A stretch of 64,000 bases of DNA, taken from contig JAUNRQ010000003.1 in the NCBI GenBank assembly GCA_030535605.1, positions 26,875-90,874 on the forward strand, written 5' to 3'. A model generated the notes under the pieces. That model was given only the letters and a program-made list of their open reading frames with translations. It ran no database searches and was not told where the DNA came from. Each line of letters starts with the position of its first letter. The first letter of the stretch is position 1. A program made the translations under genes and the position numbers. Shown here in pieces: positions 32,701 to 42,340 of this stretch. This DNA is from Pseudoxanthomonas suwonensis (GTDB taxonomy: Bacteria; Pseudomonadota; Gammaproteobacteria; Xanthomonadales; Xanthomonadaceae).

Positions 32701-34097
32701 GCCACGCCCTTGTCCGGACGATCGCCGGCGATCAGCCGCGCCAGCGCCATCGATGCAATGCGCCCGCGCACGCCGTCCGAGCGACTGGTCAACACCACCG
32801 GCACCTTGGCGCCCAGCACCACCCCTGCCGAATCGGCACCGGCGAAGTACTGCAATTGCTTGGCCGCGATGTTGCCGGCCTCGATGTCCGGCGCCAGCAG
32901 GATGTCGGCCAGCCCGGCCACCGGCGAGTCGATGCCCTTGATTCTGGCCGCTTCGCGGTCGATGGCGTTGTCGAACGCCAGCGGCCCGTCCACCATGCCG
33001 CCACTGATCTGTCCGCGCGCGGCCATCAAGGTCAGCGCCGCGGCATCCAGCGTCGATGGCATCTTCGGGTTGATGGTTTCCACCGCCGCCAGCACCGCGA
33101 CTTTCGGTTGCTCCACGCCCAGCAGGCGCATCAGGTCGATCGCGTTGCGGGCGATGTCGCGCTTGACCTCCAGCGTCGGCGCCAGGTTGATCGCCGCGTC
33201 GGTGACCACCAGCAGCTTGTCGTAGGCGGGCACGTCCATGACGAAGGCATGGCTGACCCAGCGATCCGTGCGCAGCCCGCCGCTGCGCGCGACCACCGCC
33301 GACAGCAATTCGTCGGTATGCAGGCTGCCCTTGACCAGCACACCCACCTCGCCGGCGGCGCCCAGCTGCACGCCGCGCTCCGCAGCCGCGTGGCTGTGCG
33401 GCACGTCGTCGATGCACAGGCCGTCCAGCGACACGCCGGCGGCGTCCGCGGCCGCCTGGATGCGGGCACGCGGGCCGATCAGCAACGGTTCGACCAAGGC
33501 CTGTTCGCGCCCTTCCAGTGCCGAGCGGATCGCCGCGACCGAGCACGGATGCACGAACGCCGCGCGGACCGGCGGCAGTGTGCGTGCGCGCTGTATCAAT
33601 GCGTCGAAACGGGCGGTGCGCTGCACGCGCACCGGCGGTGGTGCCTTGGTGGCGATGCGCACCCGTTCGCGGGGGGCGATCACCTCGGCCTCGCCGCTCA
33701 GCACCACCTGCCCGTGCTGGTTGATGCACTCGCAGTCCAGCGCCACGACGCCTCTGGCCGGACGCTTCTCCCGTACCGTGACGCGCGCAGTGATGGTGTC
33801 ACCCAACGCCACCGGCGCGCGGAAACGCAGATTCTGGCCCAGGTACACGGAGCCCGGCCCGGGCAAGGCATTGCCGAGCACCGCCGAGACCAGCGACGCG
33901 GTCCACATGCCGTGGACGATGACATGGCCGAAGCGGTCGCCGGCGGCGTATTCCGGGTCCATGTGAGCGGGATTGACGTCGCCACTGACGCGGGCGAACA
34001 GGTCGATGTCATCCTGCCCTGCGGTGCGGGTCAGGCTGGCGCTGTCGCCAATGGCGATTTCCTCGTAAGTCCGGTTGTGCAGGATCGCAGGCGTCAT
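32697..34097 (-). CDS. Bifunctional MaoC-like (R)-hydratase / phosphate acetyl(butyryl)transferase
   Basis: 466 aa. N-terminal hot-dog MaoC motif FARVSGDVNPAHMD. C-terminal PTA_PTB region (ILLAPDIEAGNIAAKQLQYF). Confidence 0.9.
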   Translation of the reverse strand: MTPAILHNRTYEEIAIGDSASLTRTAGQDDIDLFARVSGDVNPAHMDPEYAAGDRFGHVIVHGMWTASLVSAVLGNALPGPGSVYLGQNLRFRAPVALGDTITARVTVREKRPARGVVALDCECINQHGQVVLSGEAEVIAPRERVRIATKAPPPVRVQRTARFDALIQRARTLPPVRAAFVHPCSVAAIRSALEGREQALVEPLLIGPRARIQAAADAAGVSLDGLCIDDVPHSHAAAERGVQLGAAGEVGVLVKGSLHTDELLSAVVARSGGLRTDRWVSHAFVMDVPAYDKLLVVTDAAINLAPTLEVKRDIARNAIDLMRLLGVEQPKVAVLAAVETINPKMPSTLDAAALTLMAARGQISGGMVDGPLAFDNAIDREAARIKGIDSPVAGLADILLAPDIEAGNIAAKQLQYFAGADSAGVVLGAKVPVVLTSRSDGVRGRIASMALARLIAGDRPDKGVA

Positions 34098-34221
34098 CGG
34101 TGGCTATCCGGGGGCAAGGCGCTCATTGCACCACGCATGGGCAACGCCCGCATGACGGTGGCAGCGCGGGACTGGTTGCGACGGATGGCGGCTTCATGGC
34201 GGCCAGCCGCACGCGCCACGA

Positions 34222-34932
34222 TCAACCGGCCAGCAGCGCCTCGACCTGCGCCCGCGGCGGCAGCGACCAGTCGATGGGCGCATCGCCACGACGCACAAGG
34301 TAGTCGTTGGCCTTGGAAAAATGCCGGCAACCGAGGAAACCGCGATGCGCGGACAGCGGCGAGGGATGCGGCGCCTTCAGCACCCGATGGCGGGAGGTGT
34401 CGATGACCTTGCCCTTGGCCTGGGCATAGCTGCCCCACAGCAGGAACACCAGCCCTTCGCGTCCGGCGTTGAGCTGTTCGACGACATGGTCGGTGAAACC
34501 CTCCCAACCCTTGCCCTGATGGCTGCCGGCGCGTCCGGACTCGACGCTGAGCACCGCGTTCAGCAACAGCACGCCGCGCTGCGCCCAGGGCAGCAGGCAA
34601 CCGTGATCCGGTCGCGGCAGGCCGAGGTCGCTGGCCTGTTCCTTGAAAATGTTGACCAGCGATGGCGGCACCGGCACGCCCGGCCGCACCGAAAAGCACA
34701 GTCCGTGCGCCTGACCCGGGCCGTGGTACGGATCCTGCCCGAGCACCACCACCTTGACTGCATCGAAATCGGTCGCATCGAAGGCCGCGAACATGTCGCG
34801 ACCGGGCGGATACACGGTCGCACCGGCCTGCTTGCGCTGGCGCAGGAAGGCAGCCAAGGCCTGCATCGTGTCGCCGCGCAGATAGTCGCCGATGCGTGCT
34901 TTCCAGCCGGGAGGCAGTCGGATCCCGGCCAT
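34222..34932 (-). CDS. ung: Uracil-DNA glycosylase
   Basis: [22 protein letters not shown] and [11 protein letters not shown] motifs. ATG at 34932; an in-frame GTG one codon upstream at 34935 is also possible. Confidence 0.95.
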   Translation of the reverse strand: MAGIRLPPGWKARIGDYLRGDTMQALAAFLRQRKQAGATVYPPGRDMFAAFDATDFDAVKVVVLGQDPYHGPGQAHGLCFSVRPGVPVPPSLVNIFKEQASDLGLPRPDHGCLLPWAQRGVLLLNAVLSVESGRAGSHQGKGWEGFTDHVVEQLNAGREGLVFLLWGSYAQAKGKVIDTSRHRVLKAPHPSPLSAHRGFLGCRHFSKANDYLVRRGDAPIDWSLPPRAQVEALLAG

Positions 34933-34993
34933 CACGGCCGACCCGACGCAGGCGCCCCGCCGCCGACAGTGCCGGTGACGAAGTGGCCGATGC

Positions 34994-35818
34994 TCACTTC
35001 TGCATCCGCGCGATGCGCAGCTGGAACAGGGCCTTCGTCACCAGCAGGCGCTCCTCGACCGGCTTGACCACCAGGTCGTTCGCGCCCTCTCGCAACAACG
35101 CCCCCTGCTTGTCGGGGTTCTCGTCGCCGGTCATCACCAGCACCGGCATCCGGCGCTTGCCGTAATGCAGCTCGCGGCGAATGAACGCCAGCAGGTCGCG
35201 GCCGTCCAGTTCGCCTTTCAGGTACAGGTCGGTCAGCACCAGGTCCACGCCCCGCTCTTCGCCGGCATGCATGCGCTTGAGCCGTTCCAGTGCCTCCTCC
35301 ACGCTGGGCACGTGGATCACCTCCATGCCCTGCGCTCGCAACATGCGCGAGGTCGCCAGCGCGACCACGCGGCTGTCCTCGACATACAGCACGCGGGCGC
35401 CCGGCACCGGCTCGGGCCGCACGTAGCCGCGGATGAAGGCGGCCAGCGCGGCATGGCCGAGCGACTTGTCGAAATGGTCGGTGACGTCCTCGCCCAGGCG
35501 GCGATCCTCGAGCCGCGACTGTGCTTCCCCGGAAACCACGATCACCGGCACGTACGTCTGCCCGGCCTGCTCGCGCAGCAGGCGCGCCAGCGCCAGGCCA
35601 TCGCCATCGGGCAACGACAGCGCGGTGGTCGCAAGCGCGACCGGACCACGGTCCAGTGCGGCCCGCGCCTCGTCCAGGCCGGCACAGGCCTCCAGCTCGG
35701 CCTCGGGCAGCTCGTTCTTCAGCACGTCGCCCACCAGCCGGCGGACCAGCCGCGAGCCGTCCACCACCAGGATGCGCGGCGCCGGCTCGACGATGTGGCG
35801 AAGCTCGTGCGTGGACAT
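34994..35818 (-). CDS. Response regulator with two receiver domains (degenerate N-terminal REC plus canonical REC), no output domain
   Basis: 274 aa. REC1 has Ala where the phospho-Asp is expected ([12 protein letters not shown]). REC2 has the canonical D ([10 protein letters not shown]), T (PVLVMTG) and K (DLVVKP). Start lies 3 nt after the ftsX stop. Confidence 0.85.
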   Translation of the reverse strand: MSTHELRHIVEPAPRILVVDGSRLVRRLVGDVLKNELPEAELEACAGLDEARAALDRGPVALATTALSLPDGDGLALARLLREQAGQTYVPVIVVSGEAQSRLEDRRLGEDVTDHFDKSLGHAALAAFIRGYVRPEPVPGARVLYVEDSRVVALATSRMLRAQGMEVIHVPSVEEALERLKRMHAGEERGVDLVLTDLYLKGELDGRDLLAFIRRELHYGKRRMPVLVMTGDENPDKQGALLREGANDLVVKPVEERLLVTKALFQLRIARMQK

Positions 35819-35821
35819 CGC

Positions 35822-36772
35822 TCAGGTATCCGTCGGCCGGGTCTGGCGCAGGTAGTGGCCGGCCACCGCACCGGCACCGAGCCAGCCGAGGACGGCGGCA
35901 CCGGCGAGGATCGCCAGCAACGCCGGCAACGTGAAACCCTGCAGGGCGAAACCGCTGCCATAACTGCTGCTGAGGTTGGCCAGTGGCTCGCGCAGGGCGA
36001 TGCCGGCCCCGGCCAGCAGCAACAGCGCGGCACCGCCGGCGGCCAACCCGTACCACGCACCCAAGTAAAGGAACGGCCGCCGGATGAAGCCATCGGTGGC
36101 CCCGAGGTGCTGGAGCACGCCGATCTCCTCGCGACGCGACTGGATGTCCATGCGCACGGTATTGCCGACCACCAGCAACGCGCCCAGGCCCAGCAGCGCG
36201 GCCAGCACCAGTGCCACGCGCCGACCCAAGCCCAGCCAGCCTTCCAGCCGTTGCCGCCACAACGCATCGTGCTGCACCAGGTCGGCTTCCGGCAGCGCAC
36301 GCAGGGATTCGGCCAACGCCAGCTCATCGCCGGCCGGGGTCACCACCAGCAGCACCGGCAGCGGGTTCTCGCCGCCGAGCACCTCCAGCGAATCGCCCAG
36401 CCCGGCCTGCTCGCGAAGCTGCGCCAGGCCATCGGCCGGGGTCCGGACCTCGACCGCGGCGACGTCCGCGCGCTCGCGCAGGGTCGTGGCCAGCGTGTTG
36501 GCGGCCACCAGGTCCACGTCGGTGTCGAGGAACACGTCCACCTGGCGGCTGGCCTGCACATCGCCACCGAGACGCGCGACGTTGTCCAGCACCAGCCACA
36601 GGCCCAGCGGCAGCGCCAGCGCCACGGCCATCACGCCGATGGTCAGCAGTGTTGCCCACGGCCGCCGGCTGATGCGGCCGAGGCTGGAAACGAAGCTGTA
36701 GAGATGGTGGTCGACCCAGGTGCCGACCGAGGATGGCGGCTTGCGCACCGGGTTCGCGGCCTGCTCACTCAT
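35822..36772 (-). CDS. ftsX: Cell division ABC transporter permease FtsX
   Basis: 316 aa from ATG 36772. Four-TM FtsX layout with a periplasmic loop. Start overlaps the ftsE stop by 8 nt. Confidence 0.9.
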   Translation of the reverse strand: MSEQAANPVRKPPSSVGTWVDHHLYSFVSSLGRISRRPWATLLTIGVMAVALALPLGLWLVLDNVARLGGDVQASRQVDVFLDTDVDLVAANTLATTLRERADVAAVEVRTPADGLAQLREQAGLGDSLEVLGGENPLPVLLVVTPAGDELALAESLRALPEADLVQHDALWRQRLEGWLGLGRRVALVLAALLGLGALLVVGNTVRMDIQSRREEIGVLQHLGATDGFIRRPFLYLGAWYGLAAGGAALLLLAGAGIALREPLANLSSSYGSGFALQGFTLPALLAILAGAAVLGWLGAGAVAGHYLRQTRPTDT

Positions 36773-37454
36773 CGGCCAGGTCCTCCGGGGCGATGTCGTC
36801 GGCCAGCCGGCCACCGTCCAGCACCAGCACCCGCCGGCGCATGCGCTTGACCAGCCCCAGGTCGTGGCTGGCGATCAGCACGCTGGTGCCACGTGCCGGC
36901 AGTTCCGCGAACAGCGCCATGATTTCCGACGACAGCGTTGGGTCGAGGTTGCCGGTGGGCTCGTCGGCCACCAGCAATGCCGGCTCGCCGACGATCGCGC
37001 GGGCAATGCCCACACGCTGCTGTTCACCGGCCGACAGCTGCGTCGGCAATGCACGCTCGCGGGTCGCGAGGCCGACCTTGTCCAGCGCACTGCGCACGCG
37101 CTTGCCGATTTCATCGCGCCGCATCCCGCGCAGGATCAACGGCAGCGCGATGTTCTCGAACACGCTGCGATCGCCCAGCAGGCGGTGATCCTGGAACACC
37201 ACGCCGACGCGCCGCCGATGCAATGCGACCTGACGCCCGCGCACCTTCAGCAGGTTGCGGTCATCCAGCAGCACCGCACCGCGGCTCGGTCGCTCGGACA
37301 GATGGATCAGCTTCAGCAACGTGCTCTTGCCGGCACCGGAGTGACCGGTGACGAACAGCATCTCCCCGGCGGCCACCTCGAAGCTGACCTCCGCCAGCGC
37401 GGCCTGCCCACCGGGGTACTGCTTGCTGACGTTGTCGAAGCGCAGGAGCGACAT
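36765..37454 (-). CDS. ftsE: Cell division ATP-binding protein FtsE
   Basis: 229 aa from ATG 37454 (MSLLRFDNVSKQY). Walker A GHSGAGKST, ABC signature LSAGEQQRV, Walker B LLVADEPTGNLD. Confidence 0.95.
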   Translation of the reverse strand: MSLLRFDNVSKQYPGGQAALAEVSFEVAAGEMLFVTGHSGAGKSTLLKLIHLSERPSRGAVLLDDRNLLKVRGRQVALHRRRVGVVFQDHRLLGDRSVFENIALPLILRGMRRDEIGKRVRSALDKVGLATRERALPTQLSAGEQQRVGIARAIVGEPALLVADEPTGNLDPTLSSEIMALFAELPARGTSVLIASHDLGLVKRMRRRVLVLDGGRLADDIAPEDLADE

Positions 37455-37593
37455 GGCGCAAGTATCGCAGAGGATCGCCACCACGTTGCAGGCCGATGCG
37501 CGAAACAACGCCCGCAGCAGGACAAGGCGAGGCACTGACCGGCGTCGATGCCCTGCATGGGCTAGCATCCAGAGCTTTGCCGTGGCGCTTTCC

Positions 37594-39168
37594 ATGACCG
37601 ATCCCCGACACACCTACGCTCGCGCGGTCGACGCCTTGAACCAGGGCCAGTGGGCGCAGGCCGGTCGCCTGGCCGGCGAGGTGCTGCAAGCGGTGCCGGA
37701 CCATGCCGGCGTGCAATTCGTGGCCGGCGTCGCCGCCTTCCGGCAGGGCCGCTACCGCGATGCGTTCCGCCATCTGGAAGCCGCCAACCGGCTCAACCCG
37801 GCGCGTGCCGACTACGCTGCACAACTGGCCGCGGTACTCTCCCAGGTGCACATGCAACGCGACGCACTGACCGTCGCGCAGCGGGCGATGGCCCTGAAGC
37901 CGACGGACGCGATGACCTTCGACACGCTGGGCATCGTGTTCACCCAGTGCAACGAGCACGCGCAGGCAGTCGACGCCTACCGGCAGGCAGTGGCGATGAT
38001 GCCGATGCTGGCCAGCTATCGCTTCAACCTGGCCACGTCGCTGATGTTCAACGGGCGAATCGCCGAGGCCGAAGACGAGTACGAGAACTGCATCGCGCGC
38101 GAGCCGACGTACTGGAAGGCGCATCTGGCGCTGTCGCAGGCGCGGCGGCAGGATGCCGACCGCAACCACCTGCCACAACTGCGGGAACTGCTGGATCGGC
38201 ATGCCAACCAGCGCGAAGCGCGGCTGTACCTGAATCTGGCACTGGCCAAGGAGCTGGAAGACCTGGGAAAACATCCGCTTGCCCTGCCACACCTCGTCGC
38301 CGGCAAGGCCGCCGGCCAGCGCAGCCGTGGCGACGCGCGCGAGCGTGATCGGGCGTTGTTCGACGCGTTGATCCGGGCGTTCCCGGCGTCGAGCACGCAG
38401 CCGCCCGGGCATCCGTCGTCCGAGCCGATCTTCATCATCGGCATGCCGCGCAGCGGCACGACGCTGGTGGAGCGCATCGTTTCCAGCCACTCGCAGGTAC
38501 ATGCGGCGGGCGAACTGCAGAATTTCGGCATTGCCCTCAAGCGGCTCAGCGGCAGTCGCACGCCAGCCATTCTTGACCCCGACACCATTCAGCATGCGCT
38601 GGCGCTGGATCCGCGGGCGCTCGGGGAGGCCTACGTCGAAAGCACCCGACCCGGCACCGGGCACGTGCCGCGATTCATCGACAAGCTGCCGCACAACTTC
38701 CTGTATGCCGGCTTCATCGCCCGCGCGCTGCCGCAGGCGCGCATCATCTGTCTGCGGCGCAACGCCATGGACACCTGTCTGGGCAACTTTCGCCAGCTGT
38801 TCGCAACGGGCAATCCCCACTACGACTATTCCTACGACCTGCTCGATACCGGCCGCTACTTTCTGCAGTTCGAGCGGCTGATGCGCCATTGGGACGCAGT
38901 ACTGCCCGGACGCATCCTGCACGTCGACTACGAAGCCATCATCGAGGATCAGGAATGCTGTACACGCCGGCTGCTGGAGTTCTGCCAGCTGCCGTGGGAG
39001 GACGCCTGCCTGCAGTTCCAGGACAATGCTGCGCCGGTGGCCACTGCCAGCGTCGCCCAGGTTCGTGAACCCTTGAATCGCCGCGGCATCGGTCGCTGGA
39101 AGCGTTACGGAGAAGGCCTGGACGAGCTGCGCGCCCTGCTGGCCGCGGGCGGCGCCGACGTCGCCTGA
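37594..39168 (+). CDS. TPR-repeat-containing sulfotransferase family protein
   Basis: 524 aa from ATG 37594. About 250 aa of TPR-like repeats, then a PAPS 5-prime-phosphosulfate-binding loop IFIIGMPRSGTTLVERI and a sulfotransferase-like C-terminal half. Confidence 0.85.
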   Translation: MTDPRHTYARAVDALNQGQWAQAGRLAGEVLQAVPDHAGVQFVAGVAAFRQGRYRDAFRHLEAANRLNPARADYAAQLAAVLSQVHMQRDALTVAQRAMALKPTDAMTFDTLGIVFTQCNEHAQAVDAYRQAVAMMPMLASYRFNLATSLMFNGRIAEAEDEYENCIAREPTYWKAHLALSQARRQDADRNHLPQLRELLDRHANQREARLYLNLALAKELEDLGKHPLALPHLVAGKAAGQRSRGDARERDRALFDALIRAFPASSTQPPGHPSSEPIFIIGMPRSGTTLVERIVSSHSQVHAAGELQNFGIALKRLSGSRTPAILDPDTIQHALALDPRALGEAYVESTRPGTGHVPRFIDKLPHNFLYAGFIARALPQARIICLRRNAMDTCLGNFRQLFATGNPHYDYSYDLLDTGRYFLQFERLMRHWDAVLPGRILHVDYEAIIEDQECCTRRLLEFCQLPWEDACLQFQDNAAPVATASVAQVREPLNRRGIGRWKRYGEGLDELRALLAAGGADVA

Positions 39169-39208
39169 GCGGCACGCGGCCTGTTGCGTCGGTTACACCC
39201 GAAACATA

Positions 39209-39234
39209 GTGACCCCGCCAGAAGGCGGGGTCAC
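39209..39234. terminator. Bidirectional intrinsic terminator between convergent genes
   Basis: 11-bp perfect stem GTGACCCCGCC / GGCGGGGTCAC with AGAA loop, between the sulfotransferase stop (39168) and the TBDR stop (39258). Confidence 0.65.
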
Positions 39235-39257
39235 GGGCTGTCGGCGAATCGCGGGAA

Positions 39258-42224
39258 TCAGTTGCTGCCGCCGAAGCGGTAGCGGATTTCGCCGTAGATG
39301 GCACGGCCGTACGGGTTGAACTGGCTGGCGTTGTACGGTGCGCCGGTAGTGCCCGGATAGCTGAGGTCAAGCGGGGGCATCTTGTTGAAGACGTTGTTCA
39401 CCATCAACGAGAAGTCCAGGTTTTCCAGCGCCCGGTAGCTCAGGCTCCAGTTGTAGGTCGTGTGCGAACCCAAGGTGCCTTCCAGCGGCCCGCCGTAGTT
39501 GCCGGTGACGCGAGAACGGTAGTTGGGAGTGCGATCACGCCAAGCGGCGTAGGCCGTGCTGGACCACTGGCCGGCACGCCAGGTCAGCGACGCATCGGCA
39601 CGACGCTTCGGATCCGAGCTCCAGTACGGATCGTTCAGCAGGTCGACGTACTCGTCTTCGGCGTACTGCTGGTAGTCGTGGTTCAACTTCTGCGTGAAGT
39701 TGCTGCGGAACGACATGTCACCGAAACCGCCAACACTCCACGCGTAGTTGAAGCCCGCGGTGATCGCTTCCAGCTGCTGGTTGGACACGTTGATCTTCGG
39801 CGTGTAGACCTCGGTCACCATGTTCTGCGCGTTGCGGGTGATCTGTGCCAGGGTGTTGGTGCACAGTGCCGAATTCATGTCATCCGCGCCGGTGCGACAA
39901 CGGTATTCCTGCAGCATCAGGCCGTTGGCGCTCTGGGTGGTGACCTCGTCGGAGATGTCCCAGCTGTGGTAGTCGAGCGTCAGCGACATCCGCGCGACCG
40001 GTGCCCACACCATGCCCGCGCTCCAGACGTCGGCATTGATCGGGTTCAGATCCAGGTTGCCGGACTGGGTGCCGAAGATCTGCCGGCTGGACAACGCCGA
40101 GCGGCAGTTCTGCGTGTTCCCCGGCTCGAAGCCTTCCTGCGAACACCGCCAGTAGTCGGTCACGAAGGTGTAGAACCCGCTCTCGCCCTGATACAGGTCG
40201 GACAGCGTCGGCGAGCGGAACGCGGTGCCGTACTTGCCGCGCAGCAACAGGCTCTCCATCGGACGGAACTCGATACCCAGGCTGTACGTCGGCTTGTCGA
40301 TGGTGCGACCGCCGGCCTTGAATGCGTCGTAACGCGCCGAGGCGGTGACCGTCAGCATCTCCAGCAGCGGCATGCGCAGCTCGGTGGTCAGCGCGTAGCG
40401 GTCACGCTCGCCACCGCCGCTGACATCGGTCTGGCCCCAGATGGAGCCGTCCAGGAAACCCGGATCCGGGTTGTAGTTCCACGATTGGCGACCGACTTCA
40501 CCGACCACCGCCAGACCGGCGTCACCGCCGGGCAAGCCGAACAGCGCGGAGTTGATCAGCGACGCACGCAGCATGCTGTCCTTGGTCTCGGCGTTGGTGG
40601 TGGCGAACCCGCTCATTGCCCAGAAATCGACCGGGTTGATCGGGCGGTAGAACGCGGCGTAGTCAGGCTGGTAGACGGCGTAGCCGAAGTACGGGTCGGT
40701 ACCGAGCTGCGGACCGAGCACGTTGGTCTCGAACCAGTTGTTCATCTTGTCGGCCCAGCGCACCCACGAGGTCGAGTCCAAGGTGTACTCGGCATGGGTC
40801 AGACCCACGTCGTACGTCCAGTCGGACTGACCGACGCCGCCCTCGACGCCCAGTGACGCGCGGACCGCGCGGGACTTGTCCTTGCTCATGGTGCTGCGGA
40901 AGCCCAGCGGGCCCATGTCCTCGGGCGCGAACGCGCGCTGCAGGTTGACGATGTCGCCCGGCGGCAATGCCGCGACACAAGTCGCGTAATCGGCCGCGTC
41001 GGGGTCGCAGTAGAGGCTGCCATAGACATCACGGACGCCGAAGTCGGTGAAGCGCGGGTCGAAAAAGTAGCCCCAACCCGCACCGGTACCCCACCAGGTG
41101 TAGCTGGAGCCGACGTGGTAATCGACCTGCTCGTTGCTGACCAGCACGTTACCGTACAGGCGCGCGTTGTCGCTGATGTCGAACGTCGCGTTGCCGTAGA
41201 ACTGGCCGGACTCCTTGCCGTTGAGCAGGGTGCGGTAGCCGGGGCTGTTGAACGAGCCACAGTAATACTCGTCGCCGAAGCCCGGGCGGCGCACCAGCCC
41301 TTCGCCGCCGTCGAACAGGTCGGTGGTGTTGGCACAGTTCGCCGGATCCATGAAGCGGTAGCTGGAGAACGGCCCGTGCACCAGGAAGTCGCGGCTGCCG
41401 ATGGGCGGCGAGGGGATCACGTTGCCACCGCTGACCGCCTGGCCCTGCTCGAAGAAGCGACTGGTGATGTCACGCTGATGACCCCAGATCGGATCGCGCT
41501 CCTCGTATTGCACGCCCAGCAGCACGCTCAGGCGGTCATCGGCCGCCGAAAACCCGGTGGAGAAGCTGGTACGGAAGCTGCCGCCACCACCCTCCGAGTA
41601 CGCGCCTCCACGGATGCTGAAGGCCGAGCCGTCCATGCGCTTCTTCAGGATCACGTTGATGACGCCGGCAATGGCGTCGGAGCCGTACAGCGACGACTGA
41701 CCGCCGGGGAGAATTTCGATCCGCTCGACCATGTCGACCGGAATGCCGCTGATGTTGTTGAAGGTGTCGCTGCCGTTGTAGAGCGCGGGGTAGTTGGCCA
41801 TCGGACGGCCGTCGATCAAGTACTTGACGTAACCCGGCGGCAAGCCGAACAGGCTGACGGTTTCCGCGCCCTGGGTGAACGACGCCGAGGACTGCGCGCC
41901 CTGGACGCCGCCGGTGGACATCGACGATTCCTGCAGCACTTCGGAGACCGTGTTGAAACCGCGCGCCTGGATGTCGTCGGCGGTGATGACGGTGACCGGA
42001 ACGAAGGTCTCGACCTCGGTCTGCGGAATCAGCGAGCCGGTGACGACCACACGATCGAGCGACTCAGCCTGGCCGCTGCGCGTCTGCTGCTGCGCTTGTG
42101 GCTGCGGTTGCGGCTCTTGCTCCTGGGCAAGGGCAGTGCTGCCGAAGGGGAGCACCATGGCGGCGAGCAACGCGGCGCTGAGCCGGTTGCGCGGGGGGAC
42201 ATGCAGGAAGGATCGGGATGGCAT
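39258..42224 (-). CDS. TonB-dependent outer-membrane receptor (large, 988 aa)
   Basis: Signal peptide (LPFGSTALA). Gln/Pro-rich linker QEQEPQPQPQAQQQ. Plug region (DRVVVTGSLIPQ..., VEILPGGQSSLYGSDAIAGVINVILK). Long beta-barrel. Confidence 0.92.
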   Translation of the reverse strand: MPSRSFLHVPPRNRLSAALLAAMVLPFGSTALAQEQEPQPQPQAQQQTRSGQAESLDRVVVTGSLIPQTEVETFVPVTVITADDIQARGFNTVSEVLQESSMSTGGVQGAQSSASFTQGAETVSLFGLPPGYVKYLIDGRPMANYPALYNGSDTFNNISGIPVDMVERIEILPGGQSSLYGSDAIAGVINVILKKRMDGSAFSIRGGAYSEGGGGSFRTSFSTGFSAADDRLSVLLGVQYEERDPIWGHQRDITSRFFEQGQAVSGGNVIPSPPIGSRDFLVHGPFSSYRFMDPANCANTTDLFDGGEGLVRRPGFGDEYYCGSFNSPGYRTLLNGKESGQFYGNATFDISDNARLYGNVLVSNEQVDYHVGSSYTWWGTGAGWGYFFDPRFTDFGVRDVYGSLYCDPDAADYATCVAALPPGDIVNLQRAFAPEDMGPLGFRSTMSKDKSRAVRASLGVEGGVGQSDWTYDVGLTHAEYTLDSTSWVRWADKMNNWFETNVLGPQLGTDPYFGYAVYQPDYAAFYRPINPVDFWAMSGFATTNAETKDSMLRASLINSALFGLPGGDAGLAVVGEVGRQSWNYNPDPGFLDGSIWGQTDVSGGGERDRYALTTELRMPLLEMLTVTASARYDAFKAGGRTIDKPTYSLGIEFRPMESLLLRGKYGTAFRSPTLSDLYQGESGFYTFVTDYWRCSQEGFEPGNTQNCRSALSSRQIFGTQSGNLDLNPINADVWSAGMVWAPVARMSLTLDYHSWDISDEVTTQSANGLMLQEYRCRTGADDMNSALCTNTLAQITRNAQNMVTEVYTPKINVSNQQLEAITAGFNYAWSVGGFGDMSFRSNFTQKLNHDYQQYAEDEYVDLLNDPYWSSDPKRRADASLTWRAGQWSSTAYAAWRDRTPNYRSRVTGNYGGPLEGTLGSHTTYNWSLSYRALENLDFSLMVNNVFNKMPPLDLSYPGTTGAPYNASQFNPYGRAIYGEIRYRFGGSN

Positions 42225-42312
42225 CGGACTGGACTCCAGCGTGTATTGGACGGACGGCCGTAGTGATCAGAAGGCGCGCGCACGGCAACATCGGCATGAA
42301 CCGATTGACTGG

Positions 42313-42340
42313 AACATAACACAGGCTTAACGCATTGCAA
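42313..42340 (-). promoter_or_regulatory. Candidate sigma70 promoter for the TonB-dependent receptor
   Basis: Minus strand TTGCAA-N16-TATGTT in a locally AT-richer patch, about 90 nt upstream of ATG 42224. Confidence 0.35.

Noticed and set aside
42061-42130. Short periodic GC-rich DNA repeats (also 28681-28740), considered as possible CRISPR or VNTR arrays
   Set aside because: They are in-frame codon repeats encoding Gln/Pro/Glu-rich linkers of the TonB-dependent receptor and the EF-hand protein. There are no unique spacers and no repeat-spacer periodicity.
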